Source of the DNA: Candidatus Asbonarchaeum danakilense
GTDB lineage: Archaea; Nanohalarchaeota; Nanosalinia; Nanosalinales; Nanoanaerosalinaceae
Reading direction: 5' to 3'
Assembly (NCBI GenBank): GCA_034190465.1
Contig: JAXINV010000077.1
Location: 1-17,361, forward strand
DNA: 17,361 nucleotides
Shown here: one piece after another, positions 1-6,765 of the stretch
Layout: each line of letters starts with the position of its first letter
Numbering within the stretch: position 1 is the stretch's first letter
Program-made: the position numbers and the translations under genes
Notes under the pieces: generated by a model
Database searches by the model: none
The model's input: the letters and a program-made list of their open reading frames with translations, nothing else
Told to the model about the DNA's origin: nothing

Positions 1-2
1 GA

Positions 3-317
3 GCAAAGAAATTTTTTATACCGGTGCACGAAACAAGGAGACGTGCGTACAGCGAGGAGACCGTCTGCAACGTCACGATCGACGCCAAAAGCAGCCGCGA
101 GCTCTCCATCGTGCTCCAGGGCGCGATGGTGGGCCAGGGAAGTCTCATCCTGGAGGGGAAGTCGGCCCTGACCCTCCTGACCGGCAAGGACTCGGTCCAG
201 ATCTCCGTCAGGCCGCGGACACCGGACGGCGTCAAACAAGCCCCTGGCATCGCCGTACTGCAGGTGCTCGTCCTGGCCGTGCTGGGCGGCGTGACGGTCG
301 TTCTCACCCGTCAGTGA
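3..317 (+). CDS. 3' part of a C-terminally membrane-anchored (probably secreted/surface) protein, truncated by the window edge
   Basis: The frame of the 24..317 ORF stays open back to position 3. It ends in a hydrophobic helix plus a basic residue (APGIAVLQVLVLAVLGGVTVVLTRQ*). Confidence 0.6.
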   Translation, partial: AKKFFIPVHETRRRAYSEETVCNVTIDAKSSRELSIVLQGAMVGQGSLILEGKSALTLLTGKDSVQISVRPRTPDGVKQAPGIAVLQVLVLAVLGGVTVVLTRQ

Positions 318-334
318 CAGAGGAAGGAACACCC

Positions 335-388
335 TTTATAAAAGTAGAGGTCGCATGGAGGGGTACGAGAAGTAGAATTCTCAGGTGA
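335..388 (+). promoter_or_regulatory. TATA box (TTTATAAA 335-342) and SD (AGGTGA 383-388) of rnj
   Basis: Archaeal TATA consensus. The SD lies 8 nt before ATG 397. Confidence 0.7.
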
Positions 389-396
389 TTTGACGT

Positions 397-1710
397 ATGC
401 AAGTACACACAGTTGGAGGATATAACGAAGTTGGAAAGAACATGACCGGTATCGAGGTCGACGATAATATCGTTCTGATCGATATGGGGTACGACATGGA
501 AACAGTAGTAGAAGAGGATCAGGAGATCGAGGAGATGACCACGACCGCCACCATCGAGGCGGGCGCCATCCCTGACGACTCTCAGATCCATGAAAAGAAA
601 GAAGAGGTCGAGGCCATCGTCATCAGTCACGGCCACCTGGACCACGTCGGCGCCGTCCCAAAGATCGCGGACGCGTACGACTGCCCCATCATCGCAACGC
701 CGTACACCATGAGCGTGATGCGGCGGATGATCGAAGAGGACCGTAAAGACCTCGACAACGAACTCATCGAGATGGAGGCCGGTGAACGGTACCAGATCTC
801 CGAGGATATCGAGCTCGAGTTCGTGAACATCACGCACTCCATCCCTGGCACGGTCTTGACCGTCCTGCACACGCCGGACGGCACCGTGGTCTACAGCCTG
901 GACTACCGACTGGACGACGAACCGGTCATCGGTGACCCACCGGACTATAAACGGATCAGTGAACTCGGTGAACAAGGAGTCAACCTGTTCATCGGTGACT
1001 CGACACGCGTCGAGGAAGAAGAGCGCGGCAGCTCGGAGGCAACCGTCGCGACCGAACTCGAACATACCATCGACATGGCCTACGACGAAGGTGGCTGTGT
1101 GTTCGTCTCCACGTTCTCCTCGCAGATCGAGCGTCTGACAAGCATCCTCGAGGCGAACAACGGCCGCCGCAAGGTCGCGTTCATCGGACGTTCCTTGAAA
1201 GAATACACCCAGTCAGCAGAGGAACTCGGACTGATGGATCTTGACGACATTGAGGTCGTCAGCTACCGGGACGAGACCGAGGACCTCCTCAGGCGGATCA
1301 AAGACGAACGCGAGGACTGGTTGATCGTCGCCACCGGGAACCAGGGCGAGCCGCGTGCCGCACTGACCCGGATCGTCAACGGCGACTACCCGCTCGAGGT
1401 GCAGGAAGGCGACCACGTCATCTACTCGTGCTCCGTCATCCCCGCCCCGATCAACCGGGCGAACCGGTACAAGGTCGAAAAAAAGATCCGGAAGAAGGGC
1501 GCACGGACCTACAAGGATATCCACACCTCAGGACACGCCAAGCGCGAGGACAACCGTGACATGCTCCGCATGCTGGAGCCGGACAACATCGTTCCAGCGC
1601 ACGGCACCACGGAGATGCTCGCATCCTACGCCACACTGGCGCGGGAGGAAGGCTACACCCTCAACGAGAACATCCACCTCTGCGAGAACGGGAACGTGCT
1701 GGAGCTGTAA
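397..1710 (+). CDS. rnj: Archaeal ribonuclease J (metallo-beta-lactamase/beta-CASP)
   Basis: N-terminal GGYNEVGKNM, DMG, SHGHLDHVG (HxHxDH), THSIP, DST, TFSSQIER, TGNQGEP, HTSGHA and PAHG motifs; 437 aa. Confidence 0.93.
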   Translation: MQVHTVGGYNEVGKNMTGIEVDDNIVLIDMGYDMETVVEEDQEIEEMTTTATIEAGAIPDDSQIHEKKEEVEAIVISHGHLDHVGAVPKIADAYDCPIIATPYTMSVMRRMIEEDRKDLDNELIEMEAGERYQISEDIELEFVNITHSIPGTVLTVLHTPDGTVVYSLDYRLDDEPVIGDPPDYKRISELGEQGVNLFIGDSTRVEEEERGSSEATVATELEHTIDMAYDEGGCVFVSTFSSQIERLTSILEANNGRRKVAFIGRSLKEYTQSAEELGLMDLDDIEVVSYRDETEDLLRRIKDEREDWLIVATGNQGEPRAALTRIVNGDYPLEVQEGDHVIYSCSVIPAPINRANRYKVEKKIRKKGARTYKDIHTSGHAKREDNRDMLRMLEPDNIVPAHGTTEMLASYATLAREEGYTLNENIHLCENGNVLEL

Positions 1711-1729
1711 GAAGGCTCCACCCCCTTCA

Positions 1730-1747
1730 CTTCCCTTCTTTCCTTCC
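1730..1747 (+). terminator. Pyrimidine-rich putative terminator after rnj
   Basis: cttcccttctttccttcc lies in the short gap between convergent genes. Confidence 0.4.
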
Positions 1748-1754
1748 GGAAGAC

Positions 1755-2696
1755 TCAGTAGTGTCGGCGGTCAACGTTGCCATCCTCATCCACCCGCCGG
1801 ACCTCATCGAACTCCTCCTTCAGGAGTGAAAGCTTCCTGTCACTGAGACTGTCCTCCTCCATCGTCAACAACAGGGTCACGTCCGGCTTGTCCGAGATAT
1901 GGTCGACCAGATCCTCGATGAAATCGATGAACTTCTCGAACGGGTTCTTGAACATCAGGTACTCCACCCCGTCCATCAGGATGATCGATCCATTGTCCTC
2001 CTCGATGTTCTTCTCGATGAAGCTCGTCATCGTCTCCTCCAGGAAGTTGAGGCGGAACGGCTCCACCGTGCGTTCGTCCTCGACATCTTCACGTTCCGTG
2101 AACCAGAACACAGGCGTCTCCTCCAGCTCATGCCGTTTCTTGATCTTTTCAGGGTACTTCCGCGAGAAACACAGCCCCGGCGTCTCCGTCACACCCTGGC
2201 GGAACAGCTGGAAGCCGTACTCCGTCCCCTGCTCCAGTATCAGGTAGGCATAGCCCGGCTCCATGTCCTCGTACTCCTCCCGGATATCAGGACTGGACGC
2301 TCCTTCCTCCTCCGTGGCGTGGCTGTGCTGCGGTTCCTCCTCGATCCCCGCCTGGAGATCAAGCCGCTGCAGGACCGACCTAACATCCCTTTTCCGCCAG
2401 AAATGGAGGAACAGATGGGCTGAGAACGCCATCACGGCGAAGTCCAGCAGCAGGGAAAAGACATCCACGTAGAACGGGACAGATCCCTCGAACACCTTGT
2501 TCGCGAGGTTGCGGAGCGACCAGAACACGAACAGCGACATGAACAGCACGTACGTCGTTGCGACCTCCTTCTTCTCGAACTCCGGGAACCTGCCGAGCAG
2601 GTAGGCCAGCACCAGCACAGTCACCACCAGCACCCAGTAGTCCATAAACAGGATGAACGGCGAGGTGATGCCCTGCAGGAGCCCGACGGCAGACAT
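1755..2696 (-). CDS. Membrane protein with a C-terminal DUF835-type (degenerate KaiC/RecA-like) domain
   Basis: Three to four N-terminal hydrophobic helices, an acidic linker, then GLCFSRKYP...PVFWFT...IILMDGVEYLMFKNPF, the pattern I recall for archaeal DUF835. Confidence 0.8.
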   Translation of the reverse strand: MSAVGLLQGITSPFILFMDYWVLVVTVLVLAYLLGRFPEFEKKEVATTYVLFMSLFVFWSLRNLANKVFEGSVPFYVDVFSLLLDFAVMAFSAHLFLHFWRKRDVRSVLQRLDLQAGIEEEPQHSHATEEEGASSPDIREEYEDMEPGYAYLILEQGTEYGFQLFRQGVTETPGLCFSRKYPEKIKKRHELEETPVFWFTEREDVEDERTVEPFRLNFLEETMTSFIEKNIEEDNGSIILMDGVEYLMFKNPFEKFIDFIEDLVDHISDKPDVTLLLTMEEDSLSDRKLSLLKEEFDEVRRVDEDGNVDRRHY

Positions 2697-2718
2697 GGGT
2701 CAGACTTGACGCCGATAG

Positions 2719-2727
2719 TTTAAAAAT
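2719..2727. promoter_or_regulatory. Single TATA element shared by the divergent DUF835 gene and gltX
   Basis: TTTAAAAAT is the only AT-rich block in a 52-nt intergenic gap and is centred between the start codons at 2696 (-) and 2749 (+). Confidence 0.6.
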
Positions 2728-2748
2728 CTGGACTCCTCGTCACAACGT

Positions 2749-4425
2749 ATGGATGATCTCATACGGAAGTACGCAGTGAAAAACGCGCTCGAGTTCGGAG
2801 AAGCGCAGAAAGAGGCCGTGATCGGCAAGGTCTTCGCAGAAAACCCTGAGCTGAAGCAGGACGCGGAGGACGTTGTCCAGACCACCGAGACGATCATCGA
2901 CGAAATCAACCAGCTCTCCGAAGAGGAGCTCAGGGAACGGAAGCAGGAATACGACTACATCGACGAACAGGGCGACGACGGCGAGCTCCCCGACCTCCCA
3001 AACGCCGACGAGGACCAGGGCGTCGTCATGCGGATGGCACCGTTCCCCTCCGGCATGCTCCACATCGGCAACGCCCGGATGGCGATCCTCAACGACGAAT
3101 ACGTCAAGCGGTACGGCGGCAAGCTCTACCTCGTCATCGACGACACCGCAGGCAGCGAGGAGAAGAAACCGCTGCAGGAGGCCTACGACCAGATCCCAAA
3201 GGACCTGGAATGGCTGGGCATCGAGTTCGACGAGATCATCTACAAGTCCGACCGCCTCGAGCTGTTCTACGAATACGCGGAAGAGTTCCTCGAAGAGGAC
3301 TGGGCCTACGTCTGCACCTGCGACGCCGAGACCCTGCGCGACAACCGCGAAGAAGGTGTCGCCTGCGAGCACCGGAGCCGCTCCCCTGACAAGAACCTCG
3401 AGGAGTGGCAGAAGATGCTGGACGGCGACTATAGCCAGGGCGAGGCCGTCGTCCGGCTGAAGACCGACATGCAGCACGACGACCCAGCGTTCCGCGACCG
3501 CGTTTTGCTCCGTGTCTCAGAGCTCGACCATCCGCGTGTCGGCGATAAGTACCACGTCTGGCCGATGCTGGAGTTCTCCTGGGCGATCGACGACCACGAG
3601 CTCGGCATGACCCACATCATCCGGGGCCAGGACCTCGTCATGGAGGACAAGATGGAGCGGTACATGTGGGACCTGCTTGGCTGGGACGAGCCCGAGATCG
3701 TCCACCACGGCCTGCTCAACATCCAGGGGATCAAGATCTCCACCTCCACCTCCAAGCACAAGATCGATGACGGCGAGTACAGTGGCTGGCACGACCCGCG
3801 GACCTGGTCCCTCATGTCGCTGCGGAAACGCGGGTTCGAGCCCGAGGCAATCCGGAACTTCGTCCTCGAGTTCGGCATGTCCTCCAGCACCGTCCAGGTC
3901 CCGGTCGACACGCTGTACACCGAGAACCGGAAGCTGATCGATCCCGAGGCGGATCGGTACTTCTTCATCGAGGAACCGGAACACCTGACCGTCACAGGCC
4001 TCGAGGACGACGAGTACGTCGCGCACGCCGACCTCCACCCTGAGGACGACCGGGGCGTCAGGGAGATCCCGCTGGAGGCAAGCGACGGCGAGGCACGCAT
4101 CGTCCTGGACGCCAGCGACCACGAGGTCGGCAAGGAGCTGCGCTTGAAGGACCTGTTCAACGTGAAGATCACGGAGGAGGGGGCCGAGTTCCTCAACGAC
4201 TCACTGGACTACGCGCTGGACAACGACCTGGACATCGTGCAGTGGCTGCCCGCGGACGACACCAAGACCTGCGAGATCGTCATGCCCGACGGCGAGACGC
4301 TGTCAGGCCTGTGCGAGACCACCCTGGACGCGGCAGACCAGGTGGTGCAGTTCATCAGGTTCGGGTTCTGCCGGGTCGACGCGGCGTACGACGGGCGGAA
4401 CCTGTGCTACTTCACCCATCCATGA
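2749..4425 (+). CDS. gltX: Glutamyl-tRNA synthetase, archaeal type (probably non-discriminating)
   Basis: RMAPFPSGMLHIGNAR (HIGH-like), AYVCTC..C Zn motif, THIIRG, KISTS (KMSKS-like), GWHDPR, and C-terminal QFIRFGFCRVD; 558 aa. Confidence 0.97.
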   Translation: MDDLIRKYAVKNALEFGEAQKEAVIGKVFAENPELKQDAEDVVQTTETIIDEINQLSEEELRERKQEYDYIDEQGDDGELPDLPNADEDQGVVMRMAPFPSGMLHIGNARMAILNDEYVKRYGGKLYLVIDDTAGSEEKKPLQEAYDQIPKDLEWLGIEFDEIIYKSDRLELFYEYAEEFLEEDWAYVCTCDAETLRDNREEGVACEHRSRSPDKNLEEWQKMLDGDYSQGEAVVRLKTDMQHDDPAFRDRVLLRVSELDHPRVGDKYHVWPMLEFSWAIDDHELGMTHIIRGQDLVMEDKMERYMWDLLGWDEPEIVHHGLLNIQGIKISTSTSKHKIDDGEYSGWHDPRTWSLMSLRKRGFEPEAIRNFVLEFGMSSSTVQVPVDTLYTENRKLIDPEADRYFFIEEPEHLTVTGLEDDEYVAHADLHPEDDRGVREIPLEASDGEARIVLDASDHEVGKELRLKDLFNVKITEEGAEFLNDSLDYALDNDLDIVQWLPADDTKTCEIVMPDGETLSGLCETTLDAADQVVQFIRFGFCRVDAAYDGRNLCYFTHP

Positions 4426-4507
4426 GACCGCGTCGCGCCCGCGGACAGGGTCGGGACCGGCCACTATGATATAAAAGGCGGCAGCGACAACATTCTGTAC
4501 GATACTC

Positions 4508-5179
4508 ATGCTTGACATCTTCGGTTCTGATGACAAGAAGAAAGAGGACCTGCGCGAAAACATGGACAAGATCCGGGACCTCGTCGAAGATCAGGAACAG
4601 GGCTCCCGGCAGCGTCAGGACCGACAGCAGGGCGGTGGCCAGGACCAGCCCGCACCGCCACCGCAGCAGGACCGTCCGCAGCCACAGCAACAGGAGGGTG
4701 ACGGCCAGCAGCGGCAACGGCAGCCCCAGCAAGGACAGCAACAGACCCAGCGCGGGCAGCAGGAGAGCGGTCAGGAAAGTACGGACGTCGAGATGACGCG
4801 GCCGCACCGCGAGGCCGGCGACAGCCAGCGCACCTCGTCCCGCCAGGTCCAGCAGCGCGGCCAGGAGCAGCGCCAGCAGCAAGGTCGGGACGCCGAGCTG
4901 GACGTCTCCGAGGACGAGATCCCGGAGCCGCCGGAGACGAAGGAGATCGAGGTGCCTGATATCCAGAAAGGCCCGCTGTTCATCCGCGTCCAGAAGTTCA
5001 AGGAGGCCAAGCAGATGGTCTCCCGGATGCGGGAGCTGAACAGCGACATGGAGACCCAGATGGGCGGGCTGCGGAACACCCTGGAGGAAGACCGCGAGTC
5101 CACGCGCCGGCTGAACGACGCGATGAAACGGCTGCAGGACTCGATGAACACCATCCGCGACATCGTCAGCCCGGGATAG
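4508..5179 (+). CDS. Hypothetical protein: short N-terminal helix, Gln/Arg-rich disordered middle, C-terminal coiled coil
   Basis: 223-aa ORF with native-looking codon usage and TATAAAA at 4470-4476. Heptad-like amphipathic sequence follows PLFIRVQKFKE. Confidence 0.85.
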   Translation: MLDIFGSDDKKKEDLRENMDKIRDLVEDQEQGSRQRQDRQQGGGQDQPAPPPQQDRPQPQQQEGDGQQRQRQPQQGQQQTQRGQQESGQESTDVEMTRPHREAGDSQRTSSRQVQQRGQEQRQQQGRDAELDVSEDEIPEPPETKEIEVPDIQKGPLFIRVQKFKEAKQMVSRMRELNSDMETQMGGLRNTLEEDRESTRRLNDAMKRLQDSMNTIRDIVSPG

Positions 5180-5183
5180 ACCC

Positions 5184-5426
5184 GTGACGTGCAGCCCTGC
5201 ACTCAACCTTCTGCCGGCACTCGCCGTCATCGGCAGTATCGTTGCACTGTACGCCGGCGACAGAATCGAAGGCGATGATGCGATGTTCTACATCTCAGCA
5301 GGCATCTTCCCACTTGCGGCTGCAGGGCTTGCGGCGACAGGCTTACTTGCAGCATGCACGGTCAACGTTCTCACCGGTGGATCGGTCGCAGTGCTGATCA
5401 TAGCGCTGCTCGGCCTTGCGCGATAG
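5184..5426 (+). CDS. Possible small membrane protein (2-3 TM)
   Basis: 80-aa hydrophobic ORF with a GTG start that fills the gap between neighbours. Codon usage is less typical and the start is uncertain. Confidence 0.4.
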   Translation: MTCSPALNLLPALAVIGSIVALYAGDRIEGDDAMFYISAGIFPLAAAGLAATGLLAACTVNVLTGGSVAVLIIALLGLAR

Positions 5427-5435
5427 CGACCATCA

Positions 5436-5443
5436 TTTAAAAA
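5436..5443 (+). promoter_or_regulatory. TATA box of the rpl7ae-rps28e-rpl24e operon
   Basis: TTTAAAAA ends 65 nt before ATG 5509, leaving a short 5' UTR. Confidence 0.65.
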
Positions 5444-5466
5444 TGTTGCATGTCACTCGTGGTGTA

Positions 5467-5503
5467 ACCGATGAAGTGCCCGTTCTCGGGCGTCAAGAGG
5501 TGA
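5467..5503 (+). promoter_or_regulatory. Kink-turn in the rpl7ae 5' UTR overlapping the SD (L7Ae autoregulatory element)
   Basis: C-stem ACC 5467-69/GGT 5499-5501; 3-nt bulge GAT; tandem G5473.A5498 and A5474.G5497; NC stem GCCCG 5478-82/CGGGC 5487-91. SD GAGGTGA is at 5497-5503. Confidence 0.7.
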
Positions 5504-5508
5504 CCACG

Positions 5509-5874
5509 ATGAGCTACCAAGAATTCGAGGTTCCAGAAGGACTAGCAGAAAAGACCTACACCGCTGTCGAGAAAGCCAGGGACACTGGCGAAATCAGGGT
5601 AGGGACAAACGAGGCAACCAAGGCCATCGAGCGAGGGAACGCCGAACTCGTCGTCATCGCAGGCGACGTGGACCCGGCAGAGATCGTGATGCATCTCCCC
5701 GCGCTCTGTAAGGATAAAGATATCGACTACTCGTACGTCCCGAGCAAAGAGGAGCTCGGCCTGGCCGCTGGCATCGGCGTGCAGTCCGCCGCCGTCGCCA
5801 TCTCCGACGCAGGCAGCTCCGACGACGACCTCGAGGAAATCCTCGAGAAGACCGAAGAGCTACGAGGTGAGTGA
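5509..5874 (+). CDS. rpl7ae: 50S ribosomal protein L7Ae
   Basis: [10 protein letters not shown]...[36 protein letters not shown]. The start is reassigned to ATG 5509, after the SD. Confidence 0.97.
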   Translation: MSYQEFEVPEGLAEKTYTAVEKARDTGEIRVGTNEATKAIERGNAELVVIAGDVDPAEIVMHLPALCKDKDIDYSYVPSKEELGLAAGIGVQSAAVAISDAGSSDDDLEEILEKTEELRGE

Positions 5875-5876
5875 TC

Positions 5877-6059
5877 ATGGCTGTGCCAGCGAAGGTCATC
5901 CAGTTGCTGGGCCGGAGCGGGCACCGTGGCGTCCAGAAGGTCCGCTGCAAAGTGACCGAGGGCAACGAGGAAGGCAAAATCCTCGTCCGCAACGTCATGG
6001 GGCCGGTCCGCGAGGAGGACATCCTCATGCTCGAAGAGACCGAGATGGAGGGATCCTAG
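5877..6059 (+). CDS. rps28e: 30S ribosomal protein S28e
   Basis: [17 protein letters not shown]...[31 protein letters not shown] at 5864-5870. Canonical position after rpl7ae. Confidence 0.95.
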   Translation: MAVPAKVIQLLGRSGHRGVQKVRCKVTEGNEEGKILVRNVMGPVREEDILMLEETEMEGS

Positions 6060-6212
6060 ATGCCTGAATGCACCTACTGCGGCGATGAACTTGACCGGAC
6101 CTCCGGCAAGCTCGTGATCCAGAACTCGGGCAACAAGCTGTTCTTCTGCTCTGGCAAGTGCCAGACCAACTGGGAGAACGACCGGCAGCTCGAGTACAAG
6201 GACAAGCAGTAA
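6060..6212 (+). CDS. rpl24e: 50S ribosomal protein L24e (50 aa; absent from the ORF track)
   Basis: Hand translation MPECTYCGDELDRTSGKLVIQNSGNKLFFCSGKCQTNWENDRQLEYKDKQ*, with the CxxC...FCSxKC TRASH Zn motif. The ATG abuts the rps28e stop. Confidence 0.93.
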   Translation: MPECTYCGDELDRTSGKLVIQNSGNKLFFCSGKCQTNWENDRQLEYKDKQ

Positions 6213-6222
6213 CACCTGCTTG

Positions 6223-6250
6223 CCCTCCTTTCTTTCTCTTCTTCTCTTCT
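6223..6250 (+). terminator. Pyrimidine tract ending the r-protein operon
   Basis: 28 consecutive pyrimidines starting 10 nt after the rpl24e stop. Confidence 0.6.
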
Positions 6251-6371
6251 ACAGCCAGTCGCAGCGCTGCGTCGATAGCCTCTTACAGCGGCCGCAGCTT
6301 CGTTTTGCTTCCATAACCCTCAGCCATCGAATTTTTTACGATCATAAAACAGGGCGGCAATCTTCCAAACA

Positions 6372-6379
6372 TTTATAAA
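6372..6379 (+). promoter_or_regulatory. TATA box upstream of the structured non-coding unit
   Basis: TTTATAAA, identical to the rnj TATA. Implied TSS is around 6400. Confidence 0.6.
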
Positions 6380-6413
6380 ATAAGAGTGCTATTTAGTCGG
6401 TAGGCGATAAGCC

Positions 6414-6506
6414 ATGACAACAGCGACTGAGCGCTGGACGTCGAACAATATCTATAAGCTATACTCAGTCGCCACCATCCCGAATTTTTCGGGAGCGCCT
6501 GAGTAG
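6414..6506 (+). CDS. Putative 30-aa leader peptide MTTATERWTSNNIYKLYSVATIPNFSGAPE
   Basis: ATG 6414 to TAG 6504-6506, with SD-like AGGCGAT at 6402-6408. It overlaps alternative helices and may be non-coding. Confidence 0.3.
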   Translation: MTTATERWTSNNIYKLYSVATIPNFSGAPE

Positions 6507-6569
6507 CCCACCTCACCACGCGGCCCGGCCTCACCGGGCGTGAACGGAGGGTGGTCGAACCTGTTTCTC

Positions 6570-6717
6570 GCTGCCTTGGTGTACCGGAGCGCCATACTCC
6601 AGCTCCGTGGACAACACACCCTGCGAAGACCGCGGCACGGCGGCCTGCCAAACACGGCCATGCGGGACCGGGCCCGGCATAAACAGGGAGCAGCCGGTTC
6701 GACCCCGGCAGGCAGCG
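6570..6717 (+). ncRNA. tRNA-like RNA with an expanded anticodon domain (atypical intron-containing tRNA, pseudo-tRNA or tRNA mimic)
   Basis: Acceptor stem GCTGCCT 6570-76/AGGCAGC 6710-16 plus discriminator G6717; T8; D-stem GTGT 6579-82/ATAC 6594-97 with A14 and GG; T-arm GCCGG-TTCGACC-CCGGC 6693-6709; 95 nt between the D- and T-stems. Confidence 0.75.
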
Positions 6718-6765
6718 ATCAGGTGATACAATGTAGCCAACAACCCAGAACCATGCGACAACCAC

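Noticed and set aside
5416..5508. N-terminal extension of L7Ae
   Set aside because: It overlaps the TATA box and k-turn leader. The SD and homology point to ATG 5509.
6260..6342. Palindrome CGCAGCGCTGCG and imperfect repeat ATCG-N9-CGAT upstream of the 6372 TATA
   Set aside because: Short, single-copy and compatible with chance in GC-rich DNA. No regulator can be assigned.
6414..6502. C/D box guide RNA (ATGA...CTGA motifs)
   Set aside because: No RUGAUGA box C, and box spacing does not fit.
6636..6663. Nested tRNA-Gly(GCC) anticodon arm (CACG-GCGGC-CTGCCAA)
   Set aside because: The matching 3' stem is not at the right spacing and no BHB links it to the T-arm. Kept only as something a splicing-aware tool should test.
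6668..6694. SRP RNA helix 8 look-alike (CCGGGCCC...GGGAGCAGC)
   Set aside because: No GNRA tetraloop (10-nt loop instead) and no helix 5/6 or Alu context. The segment runs directly into a clear T-arm.
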